IMG/VR virus record: IMGVR_UViG_3300028588_000787
Coordinates: 1 to 35,025 of that record
Direction: 5' to 3' (one strand)
From: a virus
Taxonomy: Duplodnaviria > Caudoviricetes
DNA length: 35,025 nucleotides
The notes under the pieces were generated by a model that ran no database searches, had not been told where the DNA came from, and was given only the letters and a program-made list of their open reading frames with translations. This document shows, one piece after another, positions 28,308 to 35,025 of this stretch (within the stretch, counting starts at the first letter, position 1; each line of letters starts with the position of its first letter). The position numbers and the translations under genes are program-made.

Positions 28308-28332
28308 AAGGCCCGGTGATCAGTCGGGCCTT
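28308..28332 (-). terminator. Intrinsic terminator
   Basis: AAGGCCCG / CGGGCCTT stem with a T-rich tail on the minus strand. Confidence 0.7.
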
Positions 28333-28342
28333 GTGTTGAAGC

Positions 28343-28441
28343 TTATTTCTTCCGGGCTTTGCGGATCAATGTTGCGAATACCAGCGCCTGGTACACTACC
28401 ATCAGCGCGTGGTTAATCAGTTCTTCATGTGGCATGGCCAT
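28343..28441 (-). CDS. 32-aa type I toxin-like peptide (MAMPHEELINHALMVVYQALVFATLIRKARKK); not in ORF track
   Basis: Hydrophobic helix plus basic C-terminus, own terminator, structured leader (hairpin 28481-28509). Confidence 0.55.
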   Translation of the reverse strand: MAMPHEELINHALMVVYQALVFATLIRKARKK

Positions 28442-29278
28442 AAAATTTAGGCCGGCTTGAACTGAATATCCCTTGAGCTTAAACCGCTTACAGTAGAACT
28501 GAGCGGTTTTATGAATTTTTATTTATAAAAATTATATAAAAAAATTTAGAACCCGTACATTTGATATATCAAAATCGATATGCGAGGGTTCTGCTCTCAA
28601 ATATTCACAAAAGCTGGTTGGTGGTACAATCGGCTTTTGCTGTTTTATTCCGGCGTGTATTACAAATATACCTCAGAAAAAAAATAAAGCAAGTTGATGA
28701 CTCAACTTTATTCTTCAACATTAGTGCTCTTGCAGCAATTTCAGTTTCACCAGTTTCATTAACTCATTAATAATTTCTACACTTTATTGTCCGAGCAATG
28801 GTGACTTGGTGATCCGGTATAAACAAATATAACTAGGCTATTTGTGCTTTCCTACTAATGTGCAAAAGTTGGTAATTACTTTAAGGGCAATCTTTACAGT
28901 AATTGGCTGCCTTTTCATCGCCAAATAAGATACTGTTTATTCATTTAGCCCACCTTAATAAATGCATTTTTCACCTGATCGATTAAATCATGTAGCGCAG
29001 TCTCAATCATTCTTAGATGCTTTACTGGGTGCTGTAGGTTTAATCAAGTTTCCGGAGTCAGTTTATACGCGCACGCATGTTGACATTTAAGCCTGGTTAA
29101 TTTTTAATGTATATCACAACGCATGCAACTGGGCGCAAGAGTTTTTATACGCAGTTACGCGCGAGCATGGTGAAAATGTTGAAGTTGAATCCAAGCAAAG
29201 GTTTTTCTTCTATCACTATGCGTATAGGCGCGGGCACCATCCCTGACATGGTATCGGCGTTAGCGAGGGTGAGCAAGC

Positions 29279-29488
29279 TTATACCACCTTTTGAAAATAG
29301 TACTCCTTGCCGTCAATAGGGAGCATAAAATAGTTTTCTTTTTTGAAGGCTCGATAAAACCAATCATAATTCCTTGTACCTGGGAATTGCTTATTGACCT
29401 GCTCTACAAATACCTTCAAGTTTGTGTCTATTAAAATAATTCTATTATCGGAAATGGCGGCAAATAATGAAGTGAGATTTTGATTCAT
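29279..29488 (-). CDS. Small hypothetical protein, candidate repressor
   Basis: Divergent from an operator-laden promoter. Confidence 0.6.
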   Translation of the reverse strand: MNQNLTSLFAAISDNRIILIDTNLKVFVEQVNKQFPGTRNYDWFYRAFKKENYFMLPIDGKEYYFQKVV

Positions 29489-29524
29489 TCCGCAAAGCTA
29501 TAATTAAATGCAATTATTCATTAA

Positions 29525-29573
29525 ATATTTGCACAAATACTTTGCAGTTACAAATATGTAATGTATATTTGTA
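29525..29573 (+). promoter_or_regulatory. Promoter TTTG(29541)-N19-TATATTTG(29564) overlapped by inverted ACAAATA operators
   Basis: TACAAATAT 29549-29557 / ATATTTGTA 29565-29573; TATTTGCACAAATA near-palindrome upstream. Confidence 0.65.
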
Positions 29574-29648
29574 CATACCAAAAAAGGAAGGGCCTGAGGT
29601 ACGAACTCAAGCCGATCCAATGATTAAATCACTTAACCAATTATTAGA

Positions 29649-29801
29649 ATGACAAATGTAAACCAAAAACCGGCTCCAACCAAATCGCCGGTAAGCTTCA
29701 CTAACCAACTGTCGGCTATCATGCCACGTCAAAACGGTACACCTGCTGGCTTATCAGCATTAGCAGCCTCTTTAGAGCGCGGAAAGGAGATTGTGAAGTA
29801 A
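29649..29801 (+). CDS. 50-aa hypothetical protein; not in ORF track
   Basis: MTNVNQKPAP..KEIVK, TAATG-coupled to the next gene. Confidence 0.5.
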   Translation: MTNVNQKPAPTKSPVSFTNQLSAIMPRQNGTPAGLSALAASLERGKEIVK

Positions 29802-30121
29802 TGAAAAGCCGTCTCTTTAACATCGCCCACACTATCAAGAACCAATTTGCCTCATTCTCTGAGGCCCTAGCCTTTGCCTGGAAAGTTATGAAGTTGCAGA
29901 TTGCTCTTACAGCCAGTGCCTTCGTAAACTTCACATATCGCAAGATTGACGGCTCGGTTCGCGAAGCAGTTGGAACACTAAGAAATGCGCCAACCCCTAA
30001 AGGTGGACACCGCAAAGCAAACCATGGAATATTGACCTATTTTGATCTACAACAAAACGACTGGAGATGTGCTAAGGTTGAGAACTTGATTTTTGGAAAG
30101 GAGTGTCAAAATGCAGCCTAA
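29801..30121 (+). CDS. SH3 beta-barrel/WYL-like protein (DUF2693 type)
   Basis: AWKVMKL..FTYRKIDGSVREAVGTL..YFDL..WR. Confidence 0.85.
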   Translation: MKSRLFNIAHTIKNQFASFSEALAFAWKVMKLQIALTASAFVNFTYRKIDGSVREAVGTLRNAPTPKGGHRKANHGILTYFDLQQNDWRCAKVENLIFGKECQNAA

Positions 30122-30548
30122 CACCATCCTAAATGTAGCCCCTCAAATAGAGGAGGCTACAAAAGAATTACTAACTGATTTCTTTGATACTCAGAATGCC
30201 GAAGAAGCAGACGAAGAACTTAACCAGTTATTGCAGGCATGGATTTGCACAGATACTGATGTTGAGGTATCAAAATTGAAAATTGCAGACATGACCTTTT
30301 TTGTTCACGGCTTAATTAGGCTCACTAGAAAAATCAACCGTCTTCAAAATGAGATTGCAGCTGCCGACGCGTTTTATAGTATCTATGGTCAAGATAACCT
30401 TGAGACGCGCTTGCATGAATTATTAGTCCAATGGATTTGCCCATATGATAATCCCCATAAGCCTATCGAAATCGCAAACCAGGTAGATTTTATCTACTGC
30501 TTAATTAAGTTGTTAAATGAGTTGGAAGGAGTTGTTTTATGTGCTTAA
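30111..30548 (+). CDS. Hypothetical protein with internal duplication (ATG start at 30111 preferred)
   Basis: LNQLLQAWIC..IADMTFF..LI repeated as LHELLVQWIC..IANQVDF..LI. Confidence 0.7.
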   Translation: MQPNTILNVAPQIEEATKELLTDFFDTQNAEEADEELNQLLQAWICTDTDVEVSKLKIADMTFFVHGLIRLTRKINRLQNEIAAADAFYSIYGQDNLETRLHELLVQWICPYDNPHKPIEIANQVDFIYCLIKLLNELEGVVLCA

Positions 30549-30937
30549 ACCTTGAAGGCTATACTTTAACCGTTGATAGCTACTACAAAATACCAGCCGA
30601 ATATAATCAGTTGCCAGTTAGGCAGCCTAAACACAATATTACTTCTTGGGAATGGTATCAGGAAACGCATGGTAATACTATAACCACCTTCCTGCAAGCA
30701 AGCAATACCATATCAGGAGTGAAACCAACCGGCGGGGCTATTGGTATGTCAATTCCAAAAGGCGGCAATAATTGGCCGATTGAGCGGCTTGTATCAATTG
30801 CCGATATTGAGATTAGGCGCGTACACTATTACACCATCATTCACGATTTAAACGAAAATTGGGAACGTTACGCAAAATTAGTTCTTAATCAAGTTGATGA
30901 TATAGCTTTTTATCGATTCTCTACAATCAAAAAGTAA
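30539..30937 (+). CDS. Hypothetical protein
   Basis: Overlaps the previous stop; last gene of the operon. Confidence 0.6.
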   Translation: MCLNLEGYTLTVDSYYKIPAEYNQLPVRQPKHNITSWEWYQETHGNTITTFLQASNTISGVKPTGGAIGMSIPKGGNNWPIERLVSIADIEIRRVHYYTIIHDLNENWERYAKLVLNQVDDIAFYRFSTIKK

Positions 30938-30968
30938 ATCTCTCCAAAAAAAATAATTGAAAAAAAGA

Positions 30969-31009
30969 ATACGGAAAGTTTGCAAATATGTAAACTTTCC
31001 GTATCTTTA
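30969..31009 (+). promoter_or_regulatory. 16-bp inverted-repeat operator overlapping a promoter
   Basis: ATACGGAAAGTTTGCA-aata-TGTAAACTTTCCGTAT (15/16); TTTG 30979-30982 and TATCTTTA 31002-31009. Confidence 0.75.
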
Positions 31010-31016
31010 CATCGTT

Positions 31017-31109
31017 ATGAAAATCATAATTAAAACGAAAGGTTTTAGGTTAAGTTTCGAAGCAACACCTAAAATGGTAAGAAGACTAATCCGCTGGATA
31101 ATCTTCTAA
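31017..31109 (+). CDS. 30-aa basic micro-peptide (MKIIIKTKGFRLSFEATPKMVRRLIRWIIF); not in ORF track
   Basis: Starts 7 nt after the -7 box (near-leaderless) and ends just before a hairpin. Confidence 0.55.
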   Translation: MKIIIKTKGFRLSFEATPKMVRRLIRWIIF

Positions 31110-31115
31110 AAGACC

Positions 31116-31145
31116 AACCGGGGGCAAGGCTCCCGGTTCTTTTTC
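31116..31145 (+). terminator. GC-rich hairpin with T tail (terminator/attenuator)
   Basis: AACCGGGGGC-aag-GCTCCCGGTT followed by CTTTTTC. Confidence 0.7.
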
Positions 31146-31175
31146 GTTTTATATTAGTAACGACAAACAAAGTTA

Positions 31176-31316
31176 ATGATGATTTGGCAATTAATCAAGT
31201 TCGTTAGGGATTATGCCCATGGCAGGCACGCAAAGGTAGACGTCTTTGTTACCTGGTGGGAGTTCGCCGCTATTGTTGTTATAATAGGGCTTTTAATCAG
31301 GTGGATATGGTGGTAA
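31176..31316 (+). CDS. 46-aa membrane peptide ending WWEFAAIVVIIGLLIRWIWW; not in ORF track
   Basis: Open frame with a C-terminal transmembrane helix, overlapping the HTH start. Confidence 0.55.
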   Translation: MMIWQLIKFVRDYAHGRHAKVDVFVTWWEFAAIVVIIGLLIRWIWW

Positions 31317-31516
31317 TAGGTACACGTGAAGCGTTTTTGGAGTTGATAAGCCAAAAGGGCTTTGCCGCTAAATATGGCGTTGATAAAACCTTGGTATCTC
31401 AATGGAAGAAAGGAACGCGCATACCTACCATTGACAAAATGGAGACGGTGCTTCAACTCGCTGGGGCTGTAGTTGTCCAGGAAAAGGTTTGGGATATTGA
31501 TGGAAAGGGCTCTTGA
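31307..31516 (+). CDS. XRE/Cro HTH regulator (start revised from 31256)
   Basis: SQKGFAAKYGVDKTLVSQWKKGTRIPTIDKM. Confidence 0.8.
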   Translation: MVVIGTREAFLELISQKGFAAKYGVDKTLVSQWKKGTRIPTIDKMETVLQLAGAVVVQEKVWDIDGKGS

Positions 31517-31646
31517 TAATTAAAGTTGATATTTATCAATATCATAAATTCATGCTACAAATGGAAGACTATATACGTGTTGGATTATTGGCTGAAATTT
31601 TTATAACATGTTGATTTAAAAATACTAAATTGGTGGTTTACTATTT

Positions 31647-32393
31647 ATGGAAGCGAAACCTTACGAAACTTACTACCTATTCCTTGATGAGAGTGGAGAT
31701 CATGGGTTATCAAATATAAACGCTTATTTCCCAGTTTTCCTTTTGTGCGGAGTGCTTTTTGAAGCAGATGATTATGAAAAATGCCGACAAGAAATAAATT
31801 ATGTAAAAGAGAAGTACTGGGGTGATAAAGAGGTTATACTTCATTCAAGCGATATTAGGCGTTGCAGAAAAGAGTTTCAAACTTTATTGGATGTGAATAT
31901 CAAATCAGAATTTATAGAGGACATAAACACTATTATTCAAGGCAATAATTATGAAGTCATTGCTGACGGTATTCAAAAGGAAGAGTTTATTAAAAAATAT
32001 GGGAAGCTTTCTAATGTTTATGAATTGTGTTTATCTTTCATTTTAGAAAGAACATATTTTTGCCTTGACAGAATACCTACCAACAAGCATCTATACATTG
32101 TTATCGAGGAAAGGGGCAAAAAAGAGGATACTAAATTGAGAGATTACATTTTAAAAGTGATTGAAAGAGGCACTCACTTTGTAAGTTCAGAAAAATTCAA
32201 ATACTTAAATATAAAAATCGAGTTTAGAAAAAAGAGACAAAATGTAAATGGGTTACAACTGGCTGATTTAATAGCCTACCCAGTTGCCACTTATGTAATG
32301 GACAAGAAACGCGCTAACCCTGCCTTTGATATATTAGAGCCGAAATTTTATAGGAAAGGAACAGCAAGGTACGGTCTTAAAACATTTCCATAA
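31647..32393 (+). CDS. DUF3800-domain protein (RNase H-like acidic triad)
   Basis: LFLDESGD, LHSSDIRR, IVIEERG, GLQLADLIAYP. Confidence 0.9.
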   Translation: MEAKPYETYYLFLDESGDHGLSNINAYFPVFLLCGVLFEADDYEKCRQEINYVKEKYWGDKEVILHSSDIRRCRKEFQTLLDVNIKSEFIEDINTIIQGNNYEVIADGIQKEEFIKKYGKLSNVYELCLSFILERTYFCLDRIPTNKHLYIVIEERGKKEDTKLRDYILKVIERGTHFVSSEKFKYLNIKIEFRKKRQNVNGLQLADLIAYPVATYVMDKKRANPAFDILEPKFYRKGTARYGLKTFP

Positions 32394-32396
32394 AGT

Positions 32397-32455
32397 AAAA
32401 AACCAATATCAATTAAGATATTGGCTATTTACCGAATTGCGACACGCAGTTCCCA
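32397..32455 (-). ncRNA. Putative ~60-nt DUF3800-associated small RNA
   Basis: Minus-strand promoter TTTG(32487-32484)-N18-TACATTTG(32465-32458); hairpin 32434-32452; terminator hairpin 32403-32424 plus U6. Confidence 0.65.
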
Positions 32456-32609
32456 CACAAATGTAATAATAGTTTTTAAAAAACAAATACTTGCTAAGAT
32501 ATTTAGTGAAAAGTTACTGACAAATTACATTATAAAAAATCTTAATACTTCATGTTAGGGTTATTTGGTCTAACACGTATATAGTCTCTACACGAATTCA
32601 CCATATTGC

Positions 32610-33185
32610 CTACCAGGCATCATTGACCTTTGAAGCAATGCCGGCAATATATCCGTTTATCCATTCATCAAGACTTAACTTCACCTCTTTATGAAATAGC
32701 AACGGGCCATTATCTCTTACTATCCAAACAGCATTCACTTCATAAGGATCTGTTGATTGTTTGTTTGAAACATAAAAGGGAGTGCTTCTTTCAATAGCAC
32801 GCCAATGCTCAACCATTGAAATGATAGTAGGCTGGAATTTTATTTTGCCATCTTTAAATTCAATGATAATATTATACTTTGTCGGGTAGTAGGCATTCTC
32901 GGCCTTGCCCTTTATATTATCTGTTTGCGCGTTAATGGTGATTGATTCACCTGGTACGGCTGTTACCACTGCCTGGGGGTCTTGATATAGGCTGTTAACA
33001 TATGTGAGCGTTTTCTTATAAAGATCGGCCTTATTAACCTTTGGCATATTAATAATAACGTACCGGCTAATTGAATCGGGACCAAAAAAACCGGACGGCC
33101 TTAAATCCATTTTCGTTACCGGTGCCTGGGCTGCAGCACTGCCAACAATTAAACACATCAGTATTATTTGTAAAAAGGTTTTCAT
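32610..33185 (-). CDS. Exported DUF4468-like protein
   Basis: Signal peptide (..SAAAQ); NKADLYKK..YQDPQAV; YNIIIEFKDGKIKF. Confidence 0.7.
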   Translation of the reverse strand: MKTFLQIILMCLIVGSAAAQAPVTKMDLRPSGFFGPDSISRYVIINMPKVNKADLYKKTLTYVNSLYQDPQAVVTAVPGESITINAQTDNIKGKAENAYYPTKYNIIIEFKDGKIKFQPTIISMVEHWRAIERSTPFYVSNKQSTDPYEVNAVWIVRDNGPLLFHKEVKLSLDEWINGYIAGIASKVNDAW

Positions 33186-33297
33186 AATAAAATTTGTGCT
33201 TAAATGTAATTATTCATTTTGGTAACTATATAAGAGTTGTTACTACACTGGGCTTTAATTAAAATTATTAAGTTAGACCCACTTAAAAAATCGCGTC

Positions 33298-33555
33298 ATG
33301 ATACTAACAAATGAACAAGCTCTAAAAGCATACAAAGAATATTTGATTGACTTTATTGCAAAAGCACCCGACCCTGATGGTATAACAATGAAACCACCTA
33401 AACGAATGCTCACTCCACCAATGATATTTGCTGGTTTTGAAAAAAATGCTTTAGAAAAGCTTAGTGAATTGGTGACAAGCAGCCCTAATGTTGATGTTTC
33501 GGCATTAAAAGCACTTAAAACGGAATACATGAGAATTTTAGAAGCTAAGTATTAA
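33298..33555 (+). CDS. Hypothetical protein
   Basis: 85-aa ORF near the element end. Confidence 0.5.
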   Translation: MILTNEQALKAYKEYLIDFIAKAPDPDGITMKPPKRMLTPPMIFAGFEKNALEKLSELVTSSPNVDVSALKALKTEYMRILEAKY

Positions 33556-33593
33556 AGATTAAATCTCAAATACAATGAGATAATTATGTAAAA

Positions 33594-33614
33594 GTGATAC
33601 CTATTGTGATACCT
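33594..33614. repeat. Tandem GTGATACCT boxes, candidate integrase arm-type sites
   Basis: GTGATACCT-att-GTGATACCT, 66 nt beyond the tRNA 3' end, after a hairpin. Confidence 0.65.
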
Positions 33615-33680
33615 TGAGTTTGATGGATAATAAAAAAGGCCTTTAACTATACGAAAAAGACCTTTTAATTAAATTGTTTG

Positions 33681-33768
33681 CGGAGAAGGAGAGATTCGAA
33701 CTCTCGATACACTTTTGGCGTATACACACTTTCCAGGCGTGCTCTTTCGACCACTCAGACACTTCTCC
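33681..33768 (-). tRNA. tRNA-Ser (GGA), 88 nt, CCA not encoded; likely integration target
   Basis: GGAGAAG acceptor stem, CACGC-CTGGAAA-GTGTG anticodon arm, long variable arm, GTTCGAATC T-loop; TACATTTG box upstream at 33790-33783. Confidence 0.97.
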
Positions 33769-34053
33769 TCAGAAATGGATTGCAAATGTATAATAATGGA
33801 GCGGTTTAACCAATAAAAAAGCGAGGCCCTGTAAACAAGGCCCCGCAAGCAAAACTTCAACTAAATATAACCCTATGTTTAATCTGCAACCTTCAGATAA
33901 ACACAAGTATGACTACACCCGTTGCCATTAGTTTAATTGCCCGGTAAAATAAATGAGGGAAATAGCCACATCATTTATTTTAGTTATGTTTGCGCCTGTA
34001 TGCCTACAAGGGCAAAACACCGTATTATACACAAACAGGTTGCTTAGTTTTAA

Positions 34054-35025
34054 ATGCTGAACCTTAAAGAAATTAAAAAGCCCATTGCTGCCGAAATTGA
34101 TGTTTTTGAGGAGAAGTTTAAAGCTTCGATGCAAAGCTCGGTTCCGTTACTGGATAGGATAACGCATTACATTGTAAAGCGTAAGGGAAAGCAAATAAGG
34201 CCCATGTTTGTGTTTTTTGCTGCCAGCTTATGCGGCGGTATTAACGAATCTACCTACCGGGGTGCTGCCTTGGTAGAACTGGTGCATACGGCATCGTTAG
34301 TACACGATGATGTGGTGGATAATTCTTACCAGCGCCGCGGTTTCTTCTCCATTAATGCCTTATGGAAAAACAAGATAGCCGTTTTGGTAGGCGATTTTTT
34401 GCTCACCAAAGGCATGTTGCTTTCCTTAGAAAATAACGATTACGAACTGCTTCGTATCCTCTCAAACGCCGTAAAGCAAATGAGCGAGGGCGAATTGCTG
34501 CAAGTAGAAAAAGCCCGTAAAACCAATACCGACGAAAGTATTTACTACGAAGTTATCCGCCAAAAAACGGCTTCTTTAATAGCATCTTGCTGCGCCTGTG
34601 GGGCCTCATCGGCCGGGGCCAGTGCCGAAGATATTGAAAAGATGCGTTTATTTGGCGAGAAGATAGGTATCGCGTTTCAGATCAAAGATGATATGTTCGA
34701 CTTTGGTACCGATGACGTAGGTAAACCTTTAGGCATCGATATTAAAGAGAAGAAGATCACCCTGCCGTTGATTTATGCGCTGAACAACAGTCCTTCATCA
34801 GAACGTAAACGGATCATTAGCCTCGTTAAAAACCATAATGATGATCCCGAAAAAATAGGACAGATCATTAAATTTGTGCAGCAGGCCGGCGGATTAACTT
34901 ATGCCGAAACCCAAATGCAAAAATATCAAAATGAGGCTTTCGCTATCCTCAATACCTTCCCCGAAGGCGAAGCCCGTACCGGCTTAGAGCAGTTGGTGAG
35001 GTACACTACGGAGAGGAATAAGTAA
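34054..35025 (+). CDS. ispB: Polyprenyl (octaprenyl-type) diphosphate synthase, host gene
   Basis: GKQIRP, HDDVVD..RRG, KTASL, FQIKDDMFD. Confidence 0.92.
   Translation: MLNLKEIKKPIAAEIDVFEEKFKASMQSSVPLLDRITHYIVKRKGKQIRPMFVFFAASLCGGINESTYRGAALVELVHTASLVHDDVVDNSYQRRGFFSINALWKNKIAVLVGDFLLTKGMLLSLENNDYELLRILSNAVKQMSEGELLQVEKARKTNTDESIYYEVIRQKTASLIASCCACGASSAGASAEDIEKMRLFGEKIGIAFQIKDDMFDFGTDDVGKPLGIDIKEKKITLPLIYALNNSPSSERKRIISLVKNHNDDPEKIGQIIKFVQQAGGLTYAETQMQKYQNEAFAILNTFPEGEARTGLEQLVRYTTERNK

Larger units (their letters stand above)
1..33680. mobile_element. tRNA-Ser-integrated phage satellite-like element or remodelled prophage; left boundary lies upstream of the window
   Basis: Integrase at the left edge; replication, packaging and tail genes inside; ends at the 3' end of tRNA-Ser with tandem GTGATACCT repeats; housekeeping gene beyond. 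Confidence 0.85.

Noticed and set aside
28520-29319. ORFs 28561-28770 and 29107-29319, and stop-riddled minus-strand frames
   Set aside because: No motifs or operon context; possibly decayed DNA that I cannot assign.
33669-33860. 63-aa ORF
   Set aside because: Overlaps tRNA-Ser; spurious.

Overview
Almost the whole window (1 to ~33,680) is one integrative, phage-derived element in a Bacteroidota genome (recurrent TAnnTTTG promoter boxes; a Sphingobacteriaceae-like host is inferred). It sits at the 3' end of a tRNA-Ser(GGA) gene, followed by the host polyprenyl synthetase gene. The core resembles a phage satellite: tyrosine integrase, two Xis-like HTH proteins, an O-like replication initiator, a Twinkle/T7-gp4-type primase-helicase and a small terminase subunit. 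It adds a partial tail module (gp10-like neck protein, tape measure, tail-tip hub, SGNH-tipped fibre), but I find no capsid, portal, large terminase, tail tube or lysis gene. Cargo is rich in putative defence/addiction modules: a RES protein, a toxin-antitoxin-SecB chaperone triad, DUF4062, a Panacea TA pair, DUF3800 and several micro-peptide/antisense cassettes. Signals missing from the ORF track include: (i) a truncated IS110 whose two-loop bridge RNA looks intact and whose guides match its own insertion junction; (ii) a ~60-nt RNA with its own promoter and terminator, convergent on DUF3800; (iii) an internal inverted att-like site sharing a perfect 20-mer with the tRNA end; (iv) single-base frameshifts in terS and the tape-measure gene. 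All family calls come from motif recognition by eye; no searches were run.
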